From Pseudodesulfovibrio piezophilus C1TLV30 (GTDB lineage: Bacteria > Desulfobacterota > Desulfovibrionia > Desulfovibrionales > Desulfovibrionaceae): 32,000 bases of DNA. A program made the position numbers and the translations under genes. Under the pieces are notes generated by a model, which saw nothing but the letters and a program-made list of their open reading frames with translations, was not told the DNA's origin and did not search any database. The DNA lies in contig NC_020409.1 in the NCBI RefSeq assembly GCF_000341895.1, forward strand, positions 2,520,001 to 2,552,000, written 5' to 3'. Of the stretch, positions 1 through 9,046 are shown one piece after another. Within the stretch, counting starts at the first letter, position 1; every line of letters starts with the position of its first letter.

Positions 1-470
1 TCTATATCGGGATGTTTGCCATCCACGAGCATATCCTCATCGCACTTGACATCCTTGATCTCACCGACCAGCAGGGTGTGGATACCGAGTTCATAGACAT
101 GGCTCAACTCGCACTCGATAACAAGCGGAAATTCATCAATGTATGGAGCTTCCACAACATCACTGGCCACGGCGGTCAGTCCGGCCTTGGCCAGTTTGTC
201 TTCATTCTTTCCCGAGGCGATACCAAGGTAGTCGGCTTCAGCCGCAAGTGCCTTGGTGCAGACGGAAATGGTGAATGCCTTGTGCTTCATGATTCCGGCA
301 TAGGTATGTCGGGAAGGGCGCACGGAAACTGTCATACTGGCAGGTTGGGAGCTGGCAATGCCGCCCCAGGCTGCGATCATGGCGTTGGGTTTGTCGTTTT
401 CATCATAACTCCCCACAGCCCAGACCGGTGTCGGTTGGGCCAGGGTTTTGGCTCCGAGGGATTTTTTCAT
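1..470 (-). CDS. flavin reductase-like domain protein (flavoredoxin family); 3' end lies outside the window
   Basis: Minus-strand frame runs off the left edge, so it is absent from the ORF track. ATG at 470-468 has AAGGAG 9 nt upstream. My translation MKKSLGAKTLAQPTPVWAVGSYDENDKPNAMIAAWGGI...AFTISV...EFPLVIECEL fits the FMN-binding flavin reductase/flavoredoxin pattern. The listed + ORF 12-479 is its antisense shadow. Confidence 0.8.
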   Translation of the reverse strand, partial: MKKSLGAKTLAQPTPVWAVGSYDENDKPNAMIAAWGGIASSQPASMTVSVRPSRHTYAGIMKHKAFTISVCTKALAAEADYLGIASGKNEDKLAKAGLTAVASDVVEAPYIDEFPLVIECELSHVYELGIHTLLVGEIKDVKCDEDMLVDGKHPDI

Positions 471-538
471 GAATGGTGACTCCTTTTATGAATGATGTTG
501 AGGATATTACGAGAATCTGTTGAAAATGCAAACCGGTC

Positions 539-1594
539 TCAAAGGGTTTGAAGCATTGGGGTAACTCGAGTCACCACCTTTTTTGCGATGGCCGAGCAGT
601 GTCGGCAGGCATCACAGTCCTTGAGACAGTCAGACACACGATGCAGAAAATCGTCAGGGAAACGGGTGTTCTCCACCACTATCTGATCTGCCAGGTCTCC
701 GACTGCGTCCAGGAGAAGTAAAAGGTTGCCGGTAAATCGTCCATCGAGATAGGCAGAAATGGTTTGCTTCAGGAACGGGGTTCCCTTGTTTCTCCCGCAT
801 ATTTTAAGACTCTCCACCATACCTGCATAACGGGCAGCATCTTCAGGCCGGATAAAAGGAGAGGCAAGGATCAGGCTCGGGTCGGTGATAAACCGTCGGA
901 TGCAGCCGAAATAGTGATTCATGGCAAAGGTTCTGTCCCGACACAGATTCTCGTTGATCATGGCGATGTGTGCATCATGGGCCGGTTTATATGGACAAAA
1001 GGGAAGGCATCCTTCATTGGCAATGAGTTGAAGCTGGATGTCCGGATATGCTCCTTTGAGTCGTTCGGATATCCGGCCCAGATGTTCGAGATCCCGATTG
1101 AGGGAGCGGTCCAGAATGATCCGGCTTGGGGGAAGGAAATGGGTGGTTCGGATCATTGACAGCATGGAAAAGCACCGCCCTGCCGAGTCCAACATGGAAT
1201 TGATGCTGGGAATGGCTTCCAGGCTCGCCGCAACTTCGGGATGTGCATCCGAAAGGGCTTGCAGGTGATACGGATCGGCAAAGATGATTCCGGTGATCCC
1301 GGTTTCTCCTGCCAAATGAGAGAGCGCCTCGGCAGTGGATCGGAGAGCGTGGGGAGAAAAATATGTGTCAGGAGCGTGGAGCCTGGTGTTCATCAATGCG
1401 TATCGGGGAGTACCCTCCAGGGCCTTCAATCCGGCGATCACATCTTTGAGACCATGATGCTCAAGGCGTTGGCGAGCATCGACTATGGTTGGATCATACA
1501 GGCTGAAATGGACTGACGCCAGTGAGCCTCGGCATTCAGTCAGAAAAGAGATGTACTCCGGGTCAGGGGTAAGCGGCACATCCAGCGGCAGCAT
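539..1594 (-). CDS. hypothetical Cys-rich protein with weak resemblance to peptidase-U32-family proteins
   Basis: 351 aa if started at ATG 1594 (AGGGAGA SD, 2 nt after the stop of the upstream gene). The track start at 1636 would overlap that gene by 40 nt. The layout IIFADPYHLQAL...RIILDRSLNRDLEHL...LIANEGCLPFCPYK recalls U32 proteins, but the canonical U32 signature is not fully met. C-terminal cluster CLKDCDACRHC suggests metal/Fe-S binding. Confidence 0.6.
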   Translation of the reverse strand: MLPLDVPLTPDPEYISFLTECRGSLASVHFSLYDPTIVDARQRLEHHGLKDVIAGLKALEGTPRYALMNTRLHAPDTYFSPHALRSTAEALSHLAGETGITGIIFADPYHLQALSDAHPEVAASLEAIPSINSMLDSAGRCFSMLSMIRTTHFLPPSRIILDRSLNRDLEHLGRISERLKGAYPDIQLQLIANEGCLPFCPYKPAHDAHIAMINENLCRDRTFAMNHYFGCIRRFITDPSLILASPFIRPEDAARYAGMVESLKICGRNKGTPFLKQTISAYLDGRFTGNLLLLLDAVGDLADQIVVENTRFPDDFLHRVSDCLKDCDACRHCSAIAKKVVTRVTPMLQTL

Positions 1595-1596
1595 GC

Positions 1597-2289
1597 TTAT
1601 TCTCCCTTGGCAAACCGAGCAACCGGGCTGATCCATTCCGGTCGGGGTTGGTAGAACAGGCCGTGTCCTTTGGTACTCTTGATTCGTTTTTCACTGAAAA
1701 CAAGATCTCTGGTTTTGGACTGGGCAAAAGCCTGCACGCATGATCCGGCTTCAAGGTCACTGCCGGTATAGAGAGAAAGGATACGGCCTCTGAGTCGCGC
1801 TCCGCGTTTTCTTTTGAGGAATTGATCATACGCATAGGATTTGCGCCCTTTGCCGCATCCGGCCAGAATGACGTATCGTGCGCTGGGATTGGCTAGTGAC
1901 GAAGCCGTGAGCAAGGCCATGTAGCCTCCCTTGGAAAATCCGACGACGGTGATGTTTCCGGCCGGGACTCCGGCAGCCATCAGGGTCCGTATCTGCGAAG
2001 TTATCCTGGCTGCATATCGGTTGGGGTTGGTCTTGGGACGCACCTCTTCAATGACAGTGAACCCTCTGTCCTCGAAATGTTTGATGATCGAATCGTAGAG
2101 ATAGATGCCGTAGCGTTGGCTAACCGCATTCTTCCCTTGCTCCTCCATTATGGCCCCATGCAGGTAGAAGATGTATTTGTTCTGGGGAGCGGACTGGGCA
2201 AGGGCTTCTTCAAAGGGGATGGCATGTGCGGGAAGAGGTGTCAGAGCTGTCAGGACTATGATCAGGGCCGCGATCATTAAACGATTCAT
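1597..2289 (-). CDS. secreted alpha/beta-fold hydrolase
   Basis: Signal peptide MNRLMIAALIIVLTALTPLPAHA. Nucleophile elbow VVGFSKGG (G-x-S-x-G). Size is typical of small esterases/dienelactone-hydrolase-like proteins. Confidence 0.7.
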   Translation of the reverse strand: MNRLMIAALIIVLTALTPLPAHAIPFEEALAQSAPQNKYIFYLHGAIMEEQGKNAVSQRYGIYLYDSIIKHFEDRGFTVIEEVRPKTNPNRYAARITSQIRTLMAAGVPAGNITVVGFSKGGYMALLTASSLANPSARYVILAGCGKGRKSYAYDQFLKRKRGARLRGRILSLYTGSDLEAGSCVQAFAQSKTRDLVFSEKRIKSTKGHGLFYQPRPEWISPVARFAKGE

Positions 2290-2344
2290 TCCACTCTCCG
2301 GGGTTGGTTCGTGTCCATGCTATCCCGTAGAACAGTGACAGTAA

Positions 2345-2376
2345 AGCGGGGACCGGGTGATGACCCGATCCCCGCT
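2345..2376 (-). terminator. imperfect GC-rich hairpin downstream of the MCP gene
   Basis: AGCGGGGA...TCCCCGCT 8-bp outer stem with inner CGGGT/ACCCG stem, 14 nt past the MCP stop. No clear U-run, so function is uncertain. Confidence 0.3.
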
Positions 2377-2389
2377 CTTTGTATGACAT

Positions 2390-4390
2390 TTAGAAGCGCT
2401 CATACTCATCTTCATGAGGGATGTTCGTTCCTCCGGGAAGAGATGGAGCGGCATTGCGATTACTGACAACCGTTGTCCGGTGGATGTTTTCGCCTTGTCC
2501 GAAACCGTTGTCGCTGACTTTGAAAAAGGTCATGGCGTGGGCCAAACGCTGGGCCAGGCTGGCAAGTTCTTCGGAGGTGGCGGACATCTCTTCCGCCGCA
2601 GAGGTGTTTCCCTGGATGACCTGATCCAGATGGTCAATGGCGGTACTGATTTCAGTCACTCCCTTGTCCTGTTCCTGACAACTTGAGGCTATTTCCTGAA
2701 CCAATTCCGCGGTTTTGCCGATTTGCGGCACCAGTTCCCTGAGTTTTCGGACTGCCGTGTCAGCCACATCCATGGAAGCATCAGACAGAGTTCCGATTTC
2801 TTCTGCGGCCTGGCCGCTTCTTTCGGCCAATTGTCGAACTTCGGCAGCGACAACGGCGAATCCCTTGCCATGTTCCCCGGCTCGTGCCGCTTCAATGGCT
2901 GCATTGAGCGCTAGCAGATTAGTCTGGCGCGCTATCTCTTGAATGATGGTGATTCGTTCCGCAATACTCCGAAGGGCATCCATGGCTTCCTGAACGGATT
3001 CGCCGCTCTCCCGCGCTCCCAGAGCAGCCTGGCTGGCGATGGATTCTGTTTCCATGGCGTTGTCGGCGTTACTTTTCACCCCGGCGCTCATCTCATCCAT
3101 AGCTGCGGAAACCTGCTCTATGGAGGCAGATTGTTCTACTGCCGCCTGAGCCAGACTTTGCGCCGTGGCAGATAACTCTTCGCTGCCCGAGGCGACATTG
3201 TCAGTGGAGGCATTGACTTCCTTGACCACGGAATTGAGTTGCCCGGCCATATTGGTCAGCGAGGTTGCCAATTGGCCGACTTCATCCTTTTGAGTGAGAT
3301 CAATGGTGGCGCGGAGGTCGCCGGTGGCCACGGTTGTGGCGAAGTCCATGCCCTTACGCAAGGGACCAATGATCCCTCGGCTGATAATCCATGCCAGCAA
3401 CAGTCCGAGGCAGACCGCGAAGACACTGAAGAGCACAACGCCGATCAGCGTATTATCCGCTTCGGCCAGCATGGTCTCGTCGGTCATGACATTGTCGGAA
3501 ATGATCTGCATGCACTGATTGAGAATGTTCTGGATGGAGATCAGTGCCGGTTCGGTGACGGTGGTGTAGATATGCTTGGCCTTGTCGTAACCTTCCTGCC
3601 GATGATCATTGAGGGTGAGGAGGGCGTCTATTTCTTCCAGGGTTTTTTGGGCCATGGGGGCCGTGACCTGATGAAAAACGTGTTGCGCCCCGGTAAAATC
3701 ACCCTTGGCGAGAAGGGCGTTTATCTCCCGTGCGGACTGATGCAGGGCCTTGTGAGGCTCATAAATGGTTTCTACCAAAGCGCCAAATTCCGGATCATCG
3801 AGCATCCGTTGTCTGGTCTCATTGGAATAGAGCCATTTCCCCAGGCTGCATTGATGTGAATCAGTCTGGACTTCCGCTCCTGACTTGAGCCTATCAATAA
3901 GGGCGTCCTTGATTCTTCCCATCCATGAGAGATGGTCCAATTTTTTGTTTCTCAGGAAAACGCCCAGTTCCACATCGGCAGGTGCATAGGCTTTCCCGAT
4001 GTCTGCAGCAGATGCGTGAAGGGCATTGTGATATTTTTCGATTTTCGCCAGCAGGGGCTTGATTTGTGGGACCAGTTGTTCGGCCTTGGTTCGGGCCTCG
4101 CTGTAATACCACTTGCCGAAGGCGCACTGAGAGGGGTCAGTTTCGACATCAAGGGTGTGAAGGTTTGAATCGGTCAACAGTTCGTTGACCTTTTCAGCCC
4201 ATTTGAGGTGGTCCAGCACTTTTTGGGTAAAGTTTCCCCGCAAGGAATTTCCTGCAATAACTTCCGTCGAGTTATTTACAATACCGTTGATACCATAGAT
4301 AGACCAGCTCCCCAACGCTACAAGAAGCAGCAAAATGGTTCCGAATCCAATGCCGAATTTGGCGCAAAGTCTGCAATCCTTCCAACTCAT
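2390..4390 (-). CDS. methyl-accepting chemotaxis protein with tandem periplasmic CZB-like sensor modules
   Basis: Two TM segments ([23 protein letters not shown]; [22 protein letters not shown]), a HAMP region, and the MCP signalling domain ([40 protein letters not shown]). Start chosen at ATG 4390 (AAGAGG 9 nt upstream); the track start at 4483 is a TTG with no SD. Confidence 0.9.
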   Translation of the reverse strand: MSWKDCRLCAKFGIGFGTILLLLVALGSWSIYGINGIVNNSTEVIAGNSLRGNFTQKVLDHLKWAEKVNELLTDSNLHTLDVETDPSQCAFGKWYYSEARTKAEQLVPQIKPLLAKIEKYHNALHASAADIGKAYAPADVELGVFLRNKKLDHLSWMGRIKDALIDRLKSGAEVQTDSHQCSLGKWLYSNETRQRMLDDPEFGALVETIYEPHKALHQSAREINALLAKGDFTGAQHVFHQVTAPMAQKTLEEIDALLTLNDHRQEGYDKAKHIYTTVTEPALISIQNILNQCMQIISDNVMTDETMLAEADNTLIGVVLFSVFAVCLGLLLAWIISRGIIGPLRKGMDFATTVATGDLRATIDLTQKDEVGQLATSLTNMAGQLNSVVKEVNASTDNVASGSEELSATAQSLAQAAVEQSASIEQVSAAMDEMSAGVKSNADNAMETESIASQAALGARESGESVQEAMDALRSIAERITIIQEIARQTNLLALNAAIEAARAGEHGKGFAVVAAEVRQLAERSGQAAEEIGTLSDASMDVADTAVRKLRELVPQIGKTAELVQEIASSCQEQDKGVTEISTAIDHLDQVIQGNTSAAEEMSATSEELASLAQRLAHAMTFFKVSDNGFGQGENIHRTTVVSNRNAAPSLPGGTNIPHEDEYERF

Positions 4391-4816
4391 AAGCCACATC
4401 CTCTTTCTGCTCGATGCTTGTTTCCACGGCCTGTCGTGTTGCGTAGGCACGGTCGGCTCGTTGGCATAAGAAGCTTTCTTCAATCATCTTATGGAATCAA
4501 GCGATTATAAATACCTTCAGTACTATGATGCTTATTTCTATGTATAATACGATAAAGATGCAAGCTTATTCTGACTTCAGATTGAGAGCCTCCGAAGTTT
4601 GAATGTGAAGAAGCTAAAGAGAATAATCGGGATCTTTTGAGATACTATGGAAGAGTTGAATACCAGAGATGAAAAAGAGCATCGAAACGCAGTGGTGTCA
4701 TTTCAGTAATGCACATGATTGTGATTTTCTCAAACCATACTGTTGATCAGAGTGGTTTACTGAAATAGACGCTGGCAAGGATTTGTTTGACGGTGGGACG
4801 TGTTTCAATGAGGGCG

Positions 4817-6064
4817 TCAATGGCTCCGAAAGCGTTTGAAGTCATCCAGGGCACGAGCCTGGACCAGAGAGCGAATAATATCAAGGTTTTCATAATTCTC
4901 GAAGAGGAGATGAATGATGTCTTGATCCAGATCGCCCGATTTCGCCAGGGTTGTGAGAACTTCCTTGGCTTCCTGGGGGATCATGCCATCGCGGTAAGGG
5001 CGATCTTCGGTGATGGCGGTGTAGACATCGGCTACAGCCAGGATGCGGCTGCCGAGTGAGAGTTCACTGCCCCTACGGCCATGGGGGTAGCCCTTGCCAT
5101 TGAGTCGCTCGTGATGCTGGCAGGCCCAAACCGCAATATCTTCCATGCCGGGAATGGAGTGGAGCACTTGTTCGCAAACGTGAGCATGGTATTGTACGGT
5201 CTCGAATTCCTTGTGGGTCAAGGGAGCGGGTTTGTCCAGCAAGGTAACGGGAACTGCCAGTTTGCCTATGTCGTGCAGGTTGCCAGCCAGACGAATACGC
5301 CGCTGATCCGCTGCATCCATACCTGCCAGCCGGGCAAGCTCTACGGCCATTTCAGCCACGCCCAGGGAGTGTGTGGCCGTGTGCCGGCTACGAAAATCAA
5401 TAATATGAGAAAAAAAGCGTGAGAAATGTAGGAGTTGTTCTTCAGGGATACTTTGGTCACCGAATGTCTCCCCGAGGAGTTCCCTGATAGGTGTCTCAGT
5501 GTCTTCAATGCGATCCCAGAATTCCTGTTTGGAGGAGGCTTCCATGAAAGCTGCGATGGCTCTTTCGGAGTAAATGGTATCCGAATAGCCGGAAATGATT
5601 TCACGCAGTTTATGGGGGCTGAAAATATTGGTTCCTATTTTGGACAGAACATCCACCCGGTCCATCAGATTGAGCAGATTGCTGAAAAAGAGAATATCTT
5701 TGTCAACCTTGTCCGGGTTTTTCAGAAGTTCCCGCCAAGGGGTGTGGTGATATTTGACAAGATATGCTGAGCGGTTGAGAAGCGGGTGTCCTTCCAGAAG
5801 CTTGAAGCCCATGGAGGCGTGTTCGGTCAGGTCCGCGTCAAAGTTTAGACCATCGAGGCTGAAATTAAGAGAAAAGGCTCCTATGTCATGTAATAGCGCA
5901 GCCATGATCAGGTCCGCAGCGTCTGTTTTGCTCAACCCAAGGGTTGGGGCCACTGTCGCACACGCTATGCCGACTCTGCGATGGTGGCCTGTGACAGCGG
6001 TGCTCACATAGTCCAGCGCGTTGGAGATCCCATTGATCAAATCGAGCAGATACACGTCTTTCAT
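4817..6064 (-). CDS. tandem HD-domain protein: degenerate N-terminal HD plus C-terminal HD-GYP (putative c-di-GMP phosphodiesterase)
   Basis: N-terminal H...LLHDIGAF...KYHHTPW lacks GYP. The C-terminal domain has HSLGVAEM...NLHDIGKLAVP...QHHERLNGKGYPHG, the canonical HD-GYP signature. Confidence 0.85.
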   Translation of the reverse strand: MKDVYLLDLINGISNALDYVSTAVTGHHRRVGIACATVAPTLGLSKTDAADLIMAALLHDIGAFSLNFSLDGLNFDADLTEHASMGFKLLEGHPLLNRSAYLVKYHHTPWRELLKNPDKVDKDILFFSNLLNLMDRVDVLSKIGTNIFSPHKLREIISGYSDTIYSERAIAAFMEASSKQEFWDRIEDTETPIRELLGETFGDQSIPEEQLLHFSRFFSHIIDFRSRHTATHSLGVAEMAVELARLAGMDAADQRRIRLAGNLHDIGKLAVPVTLLDKPAPLTHKEFETVQYHAHVCEQVLHSIPGMEDIAVWACQHHERLNGKGYPHGRRGSELSLGSRILAVADVYTAITEDRPYRDGMIPQEAKEVLTTLAKSGDLDQDIIHLLFENYENLDIIRSLVQARALDDFKRFRSH

Positions 6065-6280
6065 TGTCTTGTTCTGGTTTTTTCCCGTTATTTCGGTTTA
6101 TGAAAGGGGCGGCGCACTCGGCTGCGTGGGGAAATCGAAACCTTTCTCATAAACTAATATATTCTTGAGTAATGGGCGAATTTTGCGCCTGTTGTCCTCA
6201 TGTGTCAACACCTTATTCCTCCCTCTTTTTGCCCCGTTACATCCCTGTTTTGCCCGTTGACGGTTTTCTTCCAAATGTGG

Positions 6281-6289
6281 TGCTACAAT
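6281..6289 (+). promoter_or_regulatory. candidate extended -10 promoter (TGCTACAAT) for the adaptor-like gene
   Basis: TGn-TACAAT lies about 50 nt upstream of ATG 6338. A TTGACG at 6257-6262 is 21 nt away, too far for a standard -35. Sequence match only. Confidence 0.3.
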
Positions 6290-6337
6290 GTTGATACCAT
6301 GTTGACGGAAGGCAAGAGCATGAAGTGAGGTAGTGTC

Positions 6338-6925
6338 ATGGCCACCAGTGTCATAGAAATCTGCAACAACGCCCTTCTTGATCTGGGCGAAGATGTCATT
6401 ATGTCCCTAGGGGATGAAAGCAAAGCGGCCGGATTGTGTAATAATCGTTGGCCAGCGGTGCGGGATGCGGTGCTTCGGGCCCATCCGTGGAACTGCGCCA
6501 TGTCCCAGGCCGAGTTGGCCGTGTCGTCAATCGCGCCCCTGTGGCGCTGGGAATACAAGTATGTTCTCCCCCCGGACTTTCTTCGCATTGTTCGTGTGGT
6601 GGGGCAGGATGGCACTGAGGTGGGGGATTGGGAGATCCAGGGTGGTGTGATTCTCTGTGACGAAGAAGCTCCCATGTTCATCTCCTATGTGCGACGAGAG
6701 TTGGACCCCATGAAGTATGATGCGCTTCTTGATGAGGCCCTCTCAGCCCGTTTGGCTGCCACTTTGGCGTATCCGCTTTCGGCCTCCACGTCCCTGGCCC
6801 AGGCATACTGGAATATCTACCAGGAGAAGCTGGGTGAGGCCCGTGGTGTTGATGCGCGAGAAGGTATTCCCGAGTCCGTCACCGCCACAGGGTGGTTGGG
6901 AGCGAAGATCGGCCGCACGCGTTGA
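6338..6925 (+). CDS. podovirus adaptor / tail tubular protein A-like (T7 gp11-like)
   Basis: 195 aa versus about 196 aa for T7 gp11. The N-terminal pattern ICNNALLDLGEDVIMSLGDES..AAGLCNNRWPAVRDAVLRAHPWNC parallels gp11 VNDILASIGEPPVSTLEGD...[22 protein letters not shown] as I recall it. GAGG SD sits 7 nt upstream. Confidence 0.6.
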   Translation: MATSVIEICNNALLDLGEDVIMSLGDESKAAGLCNNRWPAVRDAVLRAHPWNCAMSQAELAVSSIAPLWRWEYKYVLPPDFLRIVRVVGQDGTEVGDWEIQGGVILCDEEAPMFISYVRRELDPMKYDALLDEALSARLAATLAYPLSASTSLAQAYWNIYQEKLGEARGVDAREGIPESVTATGWLGAKIGRTR

Positions 6926-6933
6926 GTTCATGT

Positions 6934-6957
6934 CCGGAAGGCCTTCAAGCCTTCCGG
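6934..6957 (+). terminator. perfect 9-bp hairpin after the adaptor-like gene
   Basis: CCGGAAGGC-CTTCAA-GCCTTCCGG begins 9 nt after stop codon 6923-6925. The U-tract is weak (CTCCTCGCTTC). Confidence 0.45.
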
Positions 6958-7117
6958 CTCCTCGCTTCAAAGGGTGTCTCTTCTGGTTTTCTGATGAGGG
7001 AAGTCGCTTGACGGGATTCTTCCCTGTGAATCAGATTCTTTTTATTTCCTACCGTATGCGCCCACTTTTCTTTTCGTCTATTAGAATTGTCTCTGCGGAA
7101 GAAATATCAGTTGATTT

Positions 7118-7645
7118 TTACTGTCTAAGAGGGGAATTGCCTCCCTTTCGCGGGTGTGTTTTCCGCCATTGAGCCGGAGTTTGTTCAAGGCCGCCCCGCA
7201 GCCAGAATCCCATCCGTTTTCGCTTTGCTTCGTCTTGTGCCTGTTCCAGCCGGGGCTGATGTCGCGTGTTCGGTTCATACCGTTCCGCCAGGGCCAATCC
7301 TGCACGGACCAGTTCCTCGTTGAGCATGCTGGTTCCTGAATAAACATAAGCCAACAGGCGACCATGTCTATCCCGTCGAGTCCGATCGAATTCCAGTCTG
7401 AGGTTTTTGCCATAGCAGAATTTCAAGGCAAAGGATTTGGCCTGTGTTCCATATTCCTGTCCCCACTCCGGTGCATCGACTCCGATGAGCCTCACGGCCT
7501 GGGAATGGCCTTCGTATTCGACCAGTATGGAATCCCCGTCAATGAGGTGGAGAAAAGGGACTGTTTCGTCGGCCTGGGCTGTTGCTGATGTGCCGAGAAA
7601 GAAAAGAATAAGAAAGAAAAGAAAAAGTTTATTGTGAAGTCTCAT
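7118..7645 (-). CDS. secreted thermonuclease (staphylococcal nuclease/SNase family)
   Basis: Signal peptide MRLHNKLFLFFLILFFLGTSATAQA. SNase active-site blocks VRLIGVDAPEW and DRHGRLLAYVY (compare RLLLVDTPE and DKYGRGLAYIY of S. aureus nuclease). Confidence 0.8.
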   Translation of the reverse strand: MRLHNKLFLFFLILFFLGTSATAQADETVPFLHLIDGDSILVEYEGHSQAVRLIGVDAPEWGQEYGTQAKSFALKFCYGKNLRLEFDRTRRDRHGRLLAYVYSGTSMLNEELVRAGLALAERYEPNTRHQPRLEQAQDEAKRKRMGFWLRGGLEQTPAQWRKTHPRKGGNSPLRQ

Positions 7646-7705
7646 CAGTGTATCCTAGTTTTTTTTCTTTTCTAGTTCCAGTGTAAAAGACTTCCGGGAG
7701 GGCAT

Positions 7706-8542
7706 ATGGAAATTACTTTTCTTGTTGATAATAATTCGTTGGTTGGAAGCTATTTTTTGGCTGAGCCGGGTTTGTCCATCCACCTTGACACCGGTAACGT
7801 CCAGGTCTTGTTAGATGCGGGCTATTCTGATGTTTTTCTGACCAATGCCCGCCGCAAGGGGTTGGATCTTCTGTATCTGGATTGGGTGGTTCTGTCTCAC
7901 GGTCATTTTGACCATACGTGGGGTTTAGATGGCCTGATTCGTCATTATTTCGAAGCTGCATCCCAGGGGATGGCCCATTCCAGGCCCCGCTTGGTTGCGC
8001 ACCCGCGAGCCTTTGATTCACGTCAGCACGAAGATGTCCCGGAAATAGGCATGTTGCTGGTCGAGGAAAAACTGGCTCGGCAGTTTGAATTGCATGTTTC
8101 GGCAGAACCTCTGTGGTTGACAGATCGGCTCGTCACTCTCGGAGAAATCCAGCGGGTCATGGACTTCGAGGATGTCACGACCCTGGGGCAGCGGTTGGGA
8201 ACGCATGGGCTTGTCGAGGATCATATCCCGGATGATACCGCCATGGCGTATCTTGGGGATGACGGGTTGGTCGTGATTGCCGGGTGCGCTCATTCCGGCA
8301 TCTGCAATACGGTTGAACAGGCCCGGCGTGTCACAGGCATCGACAAGGTCAACACCGTGCTGGGTGGCTTTCATCTGCAAAAGGCCTCAAGCCGGAGGTT
8401 GGACGCAACCACTGAGTACCTGGCTGGATTGTCACTGGACGGACTCTACGCCTGTCACTGCACTGACCTTGCCGCCAAGATAGCTCTCGCCCGATCCTGC
8501 CCTTTGCGTGAAGTCGGGGCCGGATTGAGCCTGACGGTATGA
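7706..8542 (+). CDS. MBL-fold metallo-hydrolase
   Basis: Metallo-beta-lactamase motif VVLSHGHFDHTWGL (H-x-H-x-D-H), with later CAHSG and GGFHL blocks. GGGAGGG SD upstream of ATG 7706. Confidence 0.8.
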   Translation: MEITFLVDNNSLVGSYFLAEPGLSIHLDTGNVQVLLDAGYSDVFLTNARRKGLDLLYLDWVVLSHGHFDHTWGLDGLIRHYFEAASQGMAHSRPRLVAHPRAFDSRQHEDVPEIGMLLVEEKLARQFELHVSAEPLWLTDRLVTLGEIQRVMDFEDVTTLGQRLGTHGLVEDHIPDDTAMAYLGDDGLVVIAGCAHSGICNTVEQARRVTGIDKVNTVLGGFHLQKASSRRLDATTEYLAGLSLDGLYACHCTDLAAKIALARSCPLREVGAGLSLTV

Positions 8543-8674
8543 TGTGAGACAGACAAGCTTTTTTTTGAGGGGAAAAGGTGTGTCCCGGTCCGAGCCTTGT
8601 CGTAGTTTTTCTCTGTGTTATTCCACTGGATATAGTATTCGACAGTTCCTCTTCGAGCATTTACAAAAAGAATT

Positions 8675-8707
8675 AAGGGAAGTCGCCACAATGGCGACTT
8701 CCCTTTT
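8675..8707. terminator. bidirectional rho-independent terminator
   Basis: AAGGGAAGTCGCC-ACAAT-GGCGACTTCCCTT perfect long stem, flanked by AAAAAGAATT on one side and TTTTCC on the other. It lies between the convergent MBL gene and the small phage-module gene. Confidence 0.7.
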
Positions 8708-8741
8708 CCATGCTTTGAGGAAGGTCGTTTATTTGTTTGGA

Positions 8742-8993
8742 TTAATTGCCGTTAATGACTGAGACTGCGCCGCCTGTATTGGTGGCGACCAGCAGATTGA
8801 TGGCATCAGCCTGGGAAGGGCCGGTGCAGGCGATAATGATGTCGCCTGTGTCCAGGTTGTAATCTTCCACCGCCTGATTGAAGTAGTCTTCGGCTGAGAT
8901 CGTGGTGACCGCATCTTCGGTGCGGTAAAGGAAGAGCTGCTGGCCGGGCACTCCGCCCATCAAGCGCATATCCTCACTGATATATCCTGCCAT
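8742..8993 (-). CDS. small hypothetical protein immediately downstream of the capsid gene (possible head-associated protein)
   Basis: 83-aa ORF, GAGGAAA SD 5-6 nt upstream of ATG 8993, 53 nt after the capsid stop on the same strand. I recognise no motif. The function guess comes from position only. Confidence 0.5.
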   Translation of the reverse strand: MAGYISEDMRLMGGVPGQQLFLYRTEDAVTTISAEDYFNQAVEDYNLDTGDIIIACTGPSQADAINLLVATNTGGAVSVINGN

Positions 8994-9046
8994 GATTGTT
9001 TCCTCGTATAAGGGCGGAGGGGATTCTGTCCCCTCCGGTTACAGGG

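Noticed and set aside
12-479. 155-aa + strand ORF at the left edge
   Set aside because: It is the antisense shadow of the minus-strand flavin-reductase-like gene, which has a clear SD and recognisable family motifs. The + product has no motifs and no SD.
4484-4816. AT-rich 330-nt intergenic region between the MCP and HD-GYP genes as an sRNA or foreign insert
   Set aside because: I found no convincing promoter-terminator pair, hairpin or ORF. It most simply serves as the MCP promoter/leader region plus the HD-GYP 3' region.
6256-6308. Short repeats GTTGACGG (x2) and ATGTTGA (x2) upstream of the adaptor-like gene as operator sites
   Set aside because: 7-8-mers recurring within 50 nt are well within chance expectation, and there is no palindromic structure. 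Noted only as context for the promoter candidate.
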